A stretch of DNA of 64,000 bases. It comes from an uncultured Gemmatimonadota bacterium (lineage in GTDB: Bacteria; JAAXHH01). The notes under the pieces were generated by a model that made no database searches, had not been told where the DNA came from, and was given only the letters and a program-made list of their open reading frames with translations. Below, piece after piece: positions 28,125 through 36,988 of this stretch. The stretch covers positions 704,001-768,000 of the forward strand of contig OX638340.1 of the NCBI GenBank assembly GCA_951812955.1. Direction: 5' to 3'. Position 1 is the stretch's first letter. Each line of letters opens with the position of its first letter. The position numbers were made by a program, and so were the translations under genes.

Positions 28125-28994
28125 TCAGAACGAGATACGGACGCGTCTGAGAGGGGTGGTCGGACCTGACGACCCTTGCGTGTCAGGCGAACCAGGCAAA
28201 CCATATGCTCGCTGTGTTGCGCGAAATTCGGTGGTTCCGACGGGTTGCAGACGTTCCTCCGTCGTCGGTTGATCTATATTGCCGCTGGTATCCAGGCCCC
28301 GGCCGAAGGACTCGCTGAACAGGGATGGATCGAGGCGCATGCCCGTACCTGCCGACACGAATCGGATCCCATGGGTTTTTGGTTCCATGGTCCTGACGGT
28401 CATGATGCCCGGTCTGTTGCCGGTGATTCCGGATGCGTTCAAAGAGAGACTGGATGCAGAAGAAGTGGGGAGAATGGATGCCTGTTCCTGGCTCAGTGCC
28501 GGCTTTACCGCCATGTACGGCGCGAGTTCTCTTTCTAGGGGAAAGGGCGAAATCGGATCGGGGGGTGCAAGTTCGGGTTCAACGGGCGTCGGCAGGGAAA
28601 AGGCCATGGGAGGGGACGGAGACGATTCGGACCGCCCCGTAGGCGCGGACAGTTCCCAGAATCCGCCGATCACGGTTATGGTAAGGATCAGGCTGGTCGC
28701 AAATACCAGTTGAACGGGACGCTGCCGGCTGTGTTCGCCCAGTTCGGCAAAAGCCCCCGATACGCGCCTCCACCAGGAAGCGGCGTACAGTTCACGGGCA
28801 ATTTCCAGGTTCAGCAGATTACCGAGTCGATGATCGAATCCTGGTTGAGGGGATACGGCGGGCAGACTCTTCACGGCCTGTATGGAGCTTTCCATGTCAT
28901 CAATCTTGAGCCGGCACCGTGGACATCCGTTCAGGTGAAACCGTAGTTCGTCTTCGGTTGCCTTCGACAACTGACCGTCCAGGTAGTCGGACAT
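28125..28994 (-). CDS. Anti-sigma factor, zf-HC2 (putative zinc-finger) type, single-pass membrane protein
   Basis: MSDYLDGQLS...HLNGCPRCR motif, one TM (LVFATSLILTITVIGGFW), and a Pro-rich periplasmic tail. It lies immediately downstream of the ECF sigma gene. The ORF is open to 29057, so the start is ambiguous. Confidence 0.65.
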   Translation of the reverse strand: MSDYLDGQLSKATEDELRFHLNGCPRCRLKIDDMESSIQAVKSLPAVSPQPGFDHRLGNLLNLEIARELYAASWWRRVSGAFAELGEHSRQRPVQLVFATSLILTITVIGGFWELSAPTGRSESSPSPPMAFSLPTPVEPELAPPDPISPFPLERELAPYMAVKPALSQEQASILPTSSASSLSLNASGITGNRPGIMTVRTMEPKTHGIRFVSAGTGMRLDPSLFSESFGRGLDTSGNIDQPTTEERLQPVGTTEFRATQRAYGLPGSPDTQGSSGPTTPLRRVRISF

Positions 28995-29035
28995 CTTCCG
29001 CTCGTAACCACTACAGTTCAAAATATCCTTCCTCC

Positions 29036-29683
29036 TCAAAGTATCTCTACCTGCCACTGCCTGAGCATTTCCTGCAGTCTCAGCCGGCCCCGGTTGACCC
29101 GCGACTTGACGGTTCCGGTCGGACAGTGCAGTATCTCGCCGATCTGTTCGTAAGACAGTTCTTCAATATCGCGCAGCACGATCACGGATTTGTATTTCTC
29201 CGGCAGTTGATCGATCGCGTGCTGGATGGCCCTGCCCAGTTCATTCTGCTCCAGGTGATCGCCAGGCCCCGCGTTCTTGTCCGGCAGATCGATTCCTTCC
29301 CTGGTGCTGTTCTCGTGGGGCGACGCGTTCAGGGAGAAGAACTGGCGGCGTTTTCGCTTGCGCAACTCGCTCCGGGCGAGATTGAGCGCGATGGTATAAA
29401 TCCAGGTGGAAAGATTGGAGATCGCCTTGTAGTTGTGGCGGTTCCGGTAGACCCTGAGAAACGTCTCCTGCACCAGGTCTTCCGCGCACTCCATATTGTG
29501 GACCATGCGATAAATGCAATTATACAACCTGGTACGGTATCTTCCGACGATAACTTCGAAAGCGCGCGCATCCTCCCGTTGAACCCGGATGAAAAGCGCT
29601 TCATCCGACAGGGTCAATTCGTCGAGCACCCCTGATTCGATATCGGAGACCTGTACCGCGTTTATATAGGTGTTGTCAGCCAT
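29036..29683 (-). CDS. RNA polymerase sigma-70 factor, ECF subfamily
   Basis: Region 2 (FEVIVGRYRTRLYNCIYRMVHNMECAEDLVQETFLRVY) and region 4 (VIVLRDIEELSYEQIGEILHCPTGTVKSRV). ATG 29683 preceded by GGGAGAGAAG; the alternative ATG is 29698. Confidence 0.85.
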   Translation of the reverse strand: MADNTYINAVQVSDIESGVLDELTLSDEALFIRVQREDARAFEVIVGRYRTRLYNCIYRMVHNMECAEDLVQETFLRVYRNRHNYKAISNLSTWIYTIALNLARSELRKRKRRQFFSLNASPHENSTREGIDLPDKNAGPGDHLEQNELGRAIQHAIDQLPEKYKSVIVLRDIEELSYEQIGEILHCPTGTVKSRVNRGRLRLQEMLRQWQVEIL

Positions 29684-29699
29684 TTTCTTCTCTCCCATA

Positions 29700-29735
29700 C
29701 CACGTTATACGTTGCGCGGAGGGATGGGTTTCAGA
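29700..29735 (-). promoter_or_regulatory. Candidate ECF-type autoregulated promoter (TGAAAC-N16-CGTATAA) upstream of the sigma gene
   Basis: Minus-strand sequence ctGAAACccatccctccgcgcaaCGTATaacgtg sits immediately 5' of the ECF sigma start. It resembles the GGAAC-N16/17-CGT(C/A) class; inference only. Confidence 0.25.
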
Positions 29736-29838
29736 AAAAGTGGCCGGTATCCATCACAACCGGATTGATTCCGGCTTGCCGGCCCGCAATGGTCAATTAG
29801 GAATATAGAATACTGCCGGCCGGATGTCAATCGGACCG

Positions 29839-31518
29839 TCATGCCCGCACCTCGCTCACATCGTGTATGGTATACTGATAGCCCTGCTCAGTGAGGAAGA
29901 GCTGACGGTTCACGGCGTAGTCCTGGTCCAGGGTGTTTCGCGTGATGAGCGAGTAGAATATGGCGGCCGAGCCGTCAGCCTTGGGACGGAGGATCCGGCC
30001 CAGACGCTGGGCTTCCTCCTGGCGAGACCCGAAAGTGCCCGATATCTGGATCGCCACGTTGGCGTCCGGCAGGTCGATGGCGAAATTGGCGACTTTGGAC
30101 ACCACGAGGCGTTTGAGTTCACCGTTTCTGAACCGGTTATACAGATCGAGTCGGGCCTGCAGGGGCGTGCTGCCGGTGATCAGGGGGAAATCGAACAACG
30201 CGGCGATCTGCTTGAGCTGTCTCACGTATAGACCGATTATCAGAACCTGGTCCGTCGGATGTTGATCCAGCAGGTTGCGGATGATCTCCGTCTTCCGGCT
30301 GTTTTCCGAGGCGATCCTGAACTTCTCCCTGCGATTGGCCACGGCGTAGGACATGCGCCGTGCTTCGGGCAGGTCTATCCGGATTTCACGGCAGTACGCC
30401 TCCGCGATCCAACCCTGCCGCTCCAGCAGTTTCCAAGGCATGTCGTACCTTCGGGGACCAATGAGGCTGAAGACGTCGTCCTCGCGGCCGTCTTCCCGAA
30501 CCAGCGTAGCGGTCAGCCCGAGGCGCCTTCGGGCCTGGATCTCGGCCGTGAAACGAAAAACCGGGGCCGGCAGCAAGTGAACCTCGTCATAGATGATGAG
30601 GCCCCAGCCCTTCTGGTCGAATAGACCGAAATGCTTGAATTCGTCTCCCCTGCTTTTCCTGTAAGTCAGAATCTGGTATGTGGCCAGTGTTACGGGCCGA
30701 ATCTGTTTCGTTTCACCGGAATACTCACCGATCATATCCTCGGAAAGCGAAGTCTTCCCGATCAGTTCCTCCCGCCACTGCCGCAGTGCCACCGTGTTGG
30801 CCGTAAGTACGAGGGTGTGACATTTCAGGGCGGCCATGGCACCGAGGGCCACGATCGTTTTCCCCGCGCCGCAGGGGAGCACGACGACTCCGTTGCCGCC
30901 CTGCGGTTCGCCGTTCATGTGGAACGCGCCAACGGCGTCCACCTGGTAATCCCTCATGCTGAAGGATTTACGGTCGCCGGGCGTGGTGCGCAAATCGATT
31001 GCCAACGGGGCGCCTTCTACGTAACCCGCCAGATCTTCCACCGGAAATCCGACTTTTATCAGCGCCTGCTTGATGTGGCCGCGGAATCGATCACCCACCC
31101 GGACCCGTCGCTCGTCCAGCGGTTGTGCGAGAAACTGCTTGACCGAGGGCAGCCCGGAAACTTCCGCGATAAGCGCCGCATCGTCGGACTCGAGTATAAG
31201 CTTCCCGTCCTCCTTGCGCAGCCTGAGCTGGCCGTACCGGGCTATGAAATCGACGATCTCGCGGCGGATGTTCTGTGGAATCTCGTACTTGCTCAGGCCT
31301 TCGAGCGACTCGAGCACGCCGTCCGCTTCCATGCCCGCCGAGGCGGCGTTCCACAGTGACAGGGGGCTCAGCCTGTATACGTGGATATGCTCAGGGGACT
31401 TTTCCAGTTCCGCGAATCGCGCCAGCGCATCCCGAGCGTCCTCGTAGCGTGGATGGTCGACTTCGACGAGGATGGTCCGGTCGCTCTGCACGATCAATGG
31501 GTTCTTCAGGTCAGGCAA
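29839..31518 (-). CDS. XPB/Rad25(Ssl2)-like superfamily-2 DNA helicase
   Basis: N-terminal NPLIVQSDRTILVEV damage-recognition-like domain, Walker A (VVLPCGAGKT), DEVH (IIYDEVHLLPA), and C-terminal helicase motifs. TTG start preceded by AAGGGGAG. Confidence 0.8.
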   Translation of the reverse strand: MPDLKNPLIVQSDRTILVEVDHPRYEDARDALARFAELEKSPEHIHVYRLSPLSLWNAASAGMEADGVLESLEGLSKYEIPQNIRREIVDFIARYGQLRLRKEDGKLILESDDAALIAEVSGLPSVKQFLAQPLDERRVRVGDRFRGHIKQALIKVGFPVEDLAGYVEGAPLAIDLRTTPGDRKSFSMRDYQVDAVGAFHMNGEPQGGNGVVVLPCGAGKTIVALGAMAALKCHTLVLTANTVALRQWREELIGKTSLSEDMIGEYSGETKQIRPVTLATYQILTYRKSRGDEFKHFGLFDQKGWGLIIYDEVHLLPAPVFRFTAEIQARRRLGLTATLVREDGREDDVFSLIGPRRYDMPWKLLERQGWIAEAYCREIRIDLPEARRMSYAVANRREKFRIASENSRKTEIIRNLLDQHPTDQVLIIGLYVRQLKQIAALFDFPLITGSTPLQARLDLYNRFRNGELKRLVVSKVANFAIDLPDANVAIQISGTFGSRQEEAQRLGRILRPKADGSAAIFYSLITRNTLDQDYAVNRQLFLTEQGYQYTIHDVSEVRA

Positions 31519-31536
31519 GAATCTCCCCTTTTGGTT

Positions 31537-32619
31537 TCAGCGCTCTGCTGTAGAATCCTGTCCGCCTTTACCGGCCAGAATGCCTGCCAGTTCAGGGCGC
31601 CCAGTCATGAGCCGGCCGCGAACGGTCTCGTATACGTCGTCGACTGCGATGCGCTCCATGCAATCGAAATATGGACAGGCGGTCTCGATACACCGGGGGC
31701 AGGGAGGTACTTCCGGCATCAGGATATCATGATCCCCACCGAAGGGGCCCCAGCGTGCCGGGCTGCATGGTTTTATGGGGCAGAACAACGCAACAGTGGG
31801 CGTTCCCACGGCCGCCGCGACGTGCAGGGGCCCGGTACTGTTCGTGACGCAGAGCGAGGATGCCTGGAGCAACGCCGCCAGTTCCTTGAGGTCGAGTTCT
31901 CCGGCGACACGAATGACCGATTCCGGCAGCGATCCCGCGACCCTTTCGACCAGGTCCCGTTCTCCGGCCGATCCTGTTACAACGACGCGGACGCCGCGCC
32001 GGGCAAGCCGCCCGGCCAGTTCCGAGAAGCACCCCGCGGGCCAGTTCCGTGCCGACCCTCCGCTACCCGGATGCAGCAGGACCAGCGGATCGTCCGGCCG
32101 CACGTGCCAGCGGCGCAAGCGACGCGCTATGGCGCACCGGGCCGAATCGGGCACATGGATCTGCGGGGCGGCTTCACCTGCGCCGTCGAACAGCGCCCGA
32201 GCCAGAGACAGATTGTATTCGACCTCGTGCTTGCGGGCCTCCCGCCGGTGCTCGTATAGCCTTCGGTTGAAAAGAAATCCGTATGCCCTGTACCCCGTTC
32301 CGATCCTTACCCGTATGCCGGCGAGACGGCAGGCCAGGGCCAGCCTTGCCGTGGGATGCAGGACCAGGACCGCGTCGAACCGCCCCGCACGGAGGTCGCC
32401 GACCAGACGCAGGAATCCCGATGGTCCGCCGTGGCGTCCGGAGCGCTCGTCCACGATCGTCTCGTCCAGGGCCGGATGTCCCTCGATGGCGCCGGCCGCA
32501 TACGGGGACACGAGCATCGCGATATGGCAATCGGCACGCTGCTCCCGCAACACGCTGAGCACAGGCGTCGACAGCAGCACGTCACCGATACGGTCCGTTC
32601 GAATGACGAGTATCCGCAT
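31537..32619 (-). CDS. Glycosyltransferase family 9 (ADP-heptose:LPS heptosyltransferase-like)
   Basis: MRILVIRTDRIGDVLLSTPVLSVLRE N-terminus and a GT9 C-terminal pattern. ATG 32619 preceded by GGGGAGAA. Confidence 0.8.
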   Translation of the reverse strand: MRILVIRTDRIGDVLLSTPVLSVLREQRADCHIAMLVSPYAAGAIEGHPALDETIVDERSGRHGGPSGFLRLVGDLRAGRFDAVLVLHPTARLALACRLAGIRVRIGTGYRAYGFLFNRRLYEHRREARKHEVEYNLSLARALFDGAGEAAPQIHVPDSARCAIARRLRRWHVRPDDPLVLLHPGSGGSARNWPAGCFSELAGRLARRGVRVVVTGSAGERDLVERVAGSLPESVIRVAGELDLKELAALLQASSLCVTNSTGPLHVAAAVGTPTVALFCPIKPCSPARWGPFGGDHDILMPEVPPCPRCIETACPYFDCMERIAVDDVYETVRGRLMTGRPELAGILAGKGGQDSTAER

Positions 32620-32658
32620 CGTCGTCAGTTCTCCCCGGTCAGGGAGCTCCGCCGCCAA

Positions 32659-33291
32659 TCACTGGCGCCAGGCTTCCATGACGCGATCAAAAGATGTACA
32701 ACCCGCCCGGATGAGACGCGGGGGCCTGACAGAAACGTCCACGACCGTTGAAGGCTGATCCGATGGCGAACGCCCGCCGTCGAGAATCAAATCTATCCGG
32801 TCTTCCAACCGCTGGGCAACGTCTTCCGCCGTAATCGGTTCAGGATCTCCCGAACGGTTGGCACTGGGTGCGGTTACGGGCCCTCCCACCGCACGGCACA
32901 GATGCCCGGCGATCGCCGCGCCGCTTTGCCTGACCCCGATCGTCGAGCCTCCGCCCAGCAGTTCCCGCGGCACGCTGTTCAACGCCGGCAAAACCAGCGT
33001 CAGGGGACCGGGCCAGCAGGCATCCATCAACGCATGGACACGCCCGGGGATGTGCCGGACCAGGCGGTACAGGTCCTGCCGGCGAGAAACGAGAACCAGG
33101 ATCGGCTTGGATTCATCGCGGCCTTTGGCGTCGTATATACGCCGAATCGCGGCAGGATTGGTTCCGTCCGCGCCGATACCGTAAACCGTCTCAGTAGGAA
33201 AGGCCACAAGGCCCCCGTCACGGATAACGCCTGCGGCCTCCCGCAGAATGGCCTTGTCCGGTCGTACCGGATCGATTGCGAGTATCCTCAT
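32659..33291 (-). CDS. L-threonylcarbamoyladenylate synthase (Sua5/YrdC/TsaC family)
   Basis: GGLVAFPTETVYGIGADGTNPAAIRRIYDAKGRDESKPILVLV. ATG 33291. Confidence 0.8.
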   Translation of the reverse strand: MRILAIDPVRPDKAILREAAGVIRDGGLVAFPTETVYGIGADGTNPAAIRRIYDAKGRDESKPILVLVSRRQDLYRLVRHIPGRVHALMDACWPGPLTLVLPALNSVPRELLGGGSTIGVRQSGAAIAGHLCRAVGGPVTAPSANRSGDPEPITAEDVAQRLEDRIDLILDGGRSPSDQPSTVVDVSVRPPRLIRAGCTSFDRVMEAWRQ

Positions 33292-33417
33292 GGACACGAA
33301 CCCGATTGATCGGTTGAACCATCGTGACAATACAATCGCGCCGGGTACATCACCGGAGCAACCGGATATGGAATCCAGCGGCCGGCCGGTGTAATCCAAC
33401 TGATGGCCGGTACGAGG

Positions 33418-34695
33418 CTAAGCCATCCTTCGCAGGCCCTTTTCGCCGATGTCCTTACGGAAATAACGCTGGTCGAACCGAATCCGGTCCACCGCGTCGT
33501 AGGCCCTGTCTATGGATCCTCTGAGATCGTCGGCCAGGGCCGTCACGCCCAGGACCCTGCCGCCGGCGGTCACCAGCTTACCATCCCGCATGGCCGTATC
33601 GGCATGAAAGGCGAAGACATCATCCATTTCGTCCAGTAGATCCAGCCCGCGTATTTCCATCCCTGTCTCGTATGAGCCGGGATACCCACCGGAGGCCACC
33701 ACGACACAGGTCGCGGCCTTCCGCTTCCAGGTCAGCGGCCCGGCGGGCAAGCTGCCTTCACTGATCCCGACCGCCAGTTCCGCGAAGTCGTCCTCGAGAA
33801 GCGGCAGAATGACCTGGGCCTCGGGATCCCCGAAACGGCTGTTGAATTCGACGACCATCGGCCCTCCGGCGGTCATCATGATTCCGCAGTACAACACCCC
33901 CCTGAAGGGTCTGCCGCGACGCTTCATGCCCAGGACCGCGGGTTCGATGATCCGTTCCAGGATGTCCTTCAACGCGCCCTCGTCGATGACCGGGGCCGGC
34001 GCATAAGCGCCCATGCCCCCGGTGTTCGGCCCCGCATCGCCGTCGTAGATCGGTTTGTGGTCCTGCGAGGGAACCAGCGGCATGACCCGTTCGCCGTCAG
34101 TAAGCACGAACACGGACGCCTCCTCACCTTCCATGAAGGCCTCTACGACCACCTTGCGGCCCGCTTCGCCGAACTTTTTTTCGGTCATAAGGCCGTCAAG
34201 CGCCTTCATGGCTTCCTCGACGGTGCGGCAAACCAGCGCGCCCTTGCCGGCGGCCAGCCCGTCTGTCTTGACGACGATCGGCGCGCCCAGTTCGTTCACA
34301 TACGCACGCGCTTTTGCCACGTCTGAAAAAACCTCGAAAACGGCCGTAGGTATTCCTTCTTCCCGCATCATCCGCTTGGAGAATGCCTTGCTCCATTCGA
34401 TTTCGGCGGCCGCCCGCGTTGGACCAAAGGCCCTGATGCCCAGGCTTTCCACTTCGTCGACCACACCGGCTTCCAGCGCGCCGTCGGGCCCCACCACCAC
34501 CAGGTCAATATCGTTTTCACGGGCAAAACCGGCGATTCCGCGCGCGTCTTCCGGTGCGATGGACACGCATTCCCCGAGGGCGGCGATACCCGGATTACCC
34601 GGCGCCGCGTACAGGCTGTCTACGAGGGCGGAGCGCCGAAGCGCCCAGGCCAGCGTGTGTTCTCTTCCACCCTTGCCGACGACCAGAACGTTCAT
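33418..34695 (-). CDS. purD: Phosphoribosylamine--glycine ligase
   Basis: MNVLVVGKGGREHTLAWAL N-terminus, ATP-grasp motifs, and C-terminal ...DGKLVTAGGRVLGVTA... Confidence 0.9.
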   Translation of the reverse strand: MNVLVVGKGGREHTLAWALRRSALVDSLYAAPGNPGIAALGECVSIAPEDARGIAGFARENDIDLVVVGPDGALEAGVVDEVESLGIRAFGPTRAAAEIEWSKAFSKRMMREEGIPTAVFEVFSDVAKARAYVNELGAPIVVKTDGLAAGKGALVCRTVEEAMKALDGLMTEKKFGEAGRKVVVEAFMEGEEASVFVLTDGERVMPLVPSQDHKPIYDGDAGPNTGGMGAYAPAPVIDEGALKDILERIIEPAVLGMKRRGRPFRGVLYCGIMMTAGGPMVVEFNSRFGDPEAQVILPLLEDDFAELAVGISEGSLPAGPLTWKRKAATCVVVASGGYPGSYETGMEIRGLDLLDEMDDVFAFHADTAMRDGKLVTAGGRVLGVTALADDLRGSIDRAYDAVDRIRFDQRYFRKDIGEKGLRRMA

Positions 34696-34756
34696 GGAGT
34701 CTCCGGATGATGTAACCGCGATCACGCGATCGTAAGAACCTTAGAACGTGAACTAC

Positions 34757-34806
34757 GAGTACCGAGGAACTGGAACTTCCAGTACCGATTAACCTGCAGT
34801 ACCGAT
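34757..34806. promoter_or_regulatory. Candidate operator: 13-bp perfect palindrome CTGGAACTTCCAG flanked by three AGTACCGA direct repeats, 60-110 nt upstream of purD
   Basis: Read directly from the sequence: gAGTACCGAggaaCTGGAACTTCCAGTACCGAttaacctgcAGTACCGAtt. It sits in a 560-bp lower-GC intergenic region. Function is inferred. Confidence 0.3.
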
Positions 34807-35144
34807 TCGATCCGGTTCGTGCGAGTTGAAGACGTACGTCTCGATTGCATCTGAATTCTGAATGGGTTTACGGTGAAACCAAATCCGGTACGCGTGCGTT
34901 CTTACAATTGTCATTAAGGAATTGCTATAAAGGAACGAGTGCGTCTATCTAATATGAATACTCGTAGTTTGACGGAAATGAATACCCGCATTTTGAAGAA
35001 ATCCGGGGTGATCGCGATGCCGGATGGAATCCACCCGGATACCAGGTTCCATGACGATCTGCGAGATCGCCAAAGTTAAAGAAATACGAAGGAAGTGTCA
35101 AGGCGGGAACTTAAAAACACTGCCGCGAAATGCCCCGAAAACCA

Positions 35145-35172
35145 TTGACACGGAACATCTTCGCGTTAGTAT
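35145..35172 (+). promoter_or_regulatory. Sigma-70-like promoter (TTGACA-N16-TAGTAT) for the ctp-like gene
   Basis: TTGACA at 35145-35150, a 16-nt spacer, and TAGTAT at 35167-35172. This leaves a ~108-nt leader to ATG 35288. Confidence 0.45.
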
Positions 35173-35287
35173 TGTCTAGTGCTTCAAAAACGATATACGC
35201 ACGCCTTCGAATGAACCCGAAAAGACGTTTCCGGTGCGAGACCGTTTACATCCCGGACAGAAGACCGGGACGAAGGAGTAAGGCCTT

Positions 35288-36919
35288 ATGTCGATCATGA
35301 AGAGACCGAAATACCTGATCCTGCTGGTTTTTGTAGCGGTCGGATCGTTCCTGCTGGGCAGTACGGCGGACAGGACGATACACGCGGCGGACAACATCTA
35401 CTCGAGCACCAGGCTGCTGATGGGCGTACTCAGCCTTGTCAACGACAACTATGTAGAGGAAGTAGAGCCCGGTGAGTTGATCTACGCCGCAATCGACGGT
35501 ATGCTCGAAGTGCTCGATCCTCATTCCAGTTTCCTGAGCAAGGAAACCTTTGCCGAAATGGGAGAACGCTTCAGTGGGAATTTCTACGGCATCGGGATCG
35601 AGTTCGACGTGCTGGATGGATTCCTGTACGTTATTTCCGTGATCGATGAATCGCCATCGGAAGCCGTTGGCCTCCAGTCCGGCGATCGTATTGTTCGGAT
35701 TGACGGTGAATCGGCGATAGGCATCAAGCATGACGAGGTCCGACATAAATTGCGTGGGGAGAAAGGAACCAGGGTGGACGTAACTATCGAACGGACCGGA
35801 GTCGACGAGCGGTTCGACGTTACGATCACCCGCGATCGGATTCCCATTCGCAGCGTTCGGACGTCCATCATGCTGGAAGACCAGACCGGATACATCCAGT
35901 TGATCCGGTTCGCCAAGACCACTTCGCGGGAACTCGAGACTGCCCTGGACAAGCTTCAACAAGACGGCATGGAGCGGCTGATACTCGACCTGAGAGGCAA
36001 TTCCGGAGGCTACCTGGACCAGGCGGTGGCGGTGTCGAGCAAGTTCATACCAGAAGGCCGCGTAATCGTTAAAACCATGGGCAGGAACCGGACTTCCAAC
36101 CAGACGTTTCAATCTCTTAGCGGAGTGCGCCACCGCGATATGCCCCTGGTGATCCTGCTGGACCATCGCTCCGCCTCCGCATCCGAAATCGTGGCCGGCG
36201 CCGTTCAGGACTGGGACCGGGGCGTGATTGCCGGAACCCGCAGTTTCGGCAAGGGTCTCGTACAGACTCTGTTCGCGGAGCCTCACCTGGCTGACGGTTC
36301 CGCGCTAAAACTGACGACGGCCCGATACTACACCCCAAGCGGTCGCATGATCCAACGGGACTATAAGAACAAATCCTACCAGGAGTACATCGAAGGCTCG
36401 TTCAGCGAATCCGGCGAGGCGGCGACGGGGGAGGATTCCGCTTCAGCATCGGACAACCCTGACCGCCCTGAATACGTCACCGCTGCAGGGCGTACAGTCT
36501 ACGGAGACGGCGGCATTTCTCCCGATGTCGTTATCAAGACGCCGAAACGCCAGTACCCCTTCGTTATAGGCAAGTACAGGGGCTGGATGCCTTTCGACCG
36601 GGCCTGTTTCGAATTCGCCAATACCTACGGCGTGACCCGGCCGGACCTCAGGGACGACTTCGACACCTTCCTGAACGAGTTTCAGGTCGACGAGGCCATG
36701 CTGGAAGCGTTCAAGACCCAGGTCCGGGAGTCCGGAATATCCTTCTCCGACGATGAATTCAGCGCCGATCTGGACGTCATCGAACTCCAGTTGAAACGGG
36801 CCCTTGCCCGGAATCTCTGGGGTGACGAGGAAGCCAGCCGCGTAGCCGCGGCCGGAGACGAACAACTCCAGCGGGCCCTTCTGTTGTTCAATTCTCACGA
36901 GATGCTGGTTCAGCACTAA
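35288..36919 (+). CDS. Carboxyl-terminal processing protease (S41 family, Ctp/Prc-like) with a PDZ domain
   Basis: S41 motifs (LDLRGNSGGYL, GASASEIVAGA), a PDZ domain, and a signal/anchor N-terminus. GAAGGAG RBS. Confidence 0.85.
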   Translation: MSIMKRPKYLILLVFVAVGSFLLGSTADRTIHAADNIYSSTRLLMGVLSLVNDNYVEEVEPGELIYAAIDGMLEVLDPHSSFLSKETFAEMGERFSGNFYGIGIEFDVLDGFLYVISVIDESPSEAVGLQSGDRIVRIDGESAIGIKHDEVRHKLRGEKGTRVDVTIERTGVDERFDVTITRDRIPIRSVRTSIMLEDQTGYIQLIRFAKTTSRELETALDKLQQDGMERLILDLRGNSGGYLDQAVAVSSKFIPEGRVIVKTMGRNRTSNQTFQSLSGVRHRDMPLVILLDHRSASASEIVAGAVQDWDRGVIAGTRSFGKGLVQTLFAEPHLADGSALKLTTARYYTPSGRMIQRDYKNKSYQEYIEGSFSESGEAATGEDSASASDNPDRPEYVTAAGRTVYGDGGISPDVVIKTPKRQYPFVIGKYRGWMPFDRACFEFANTYGVTRPDLRDDFDTFLNEFQVDEAMLEAFKTQVRESGISFSDDEFSADLDVIELQLKRALARNLWGDEEASRVAAAGDEQLQRALLLFNSHEMLVQH

Positions 36920-36988
36920 CGAGTTTATAAAAGGGACCCGCGGACCGCGGAATAACAAGGCCACGCCGGAGAACGCCAAGGATTGACC

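Noticed and set aside
36920-36988. CCGCGGACCGCGG element after the ctp gene as a rho-independent terminator
   Set aside because: The stem is only ~5 bp with a 3-nt loop and no U-tract. The downstream gene starts 69 nt later on the same strand, so read-through as an operon is more likely.
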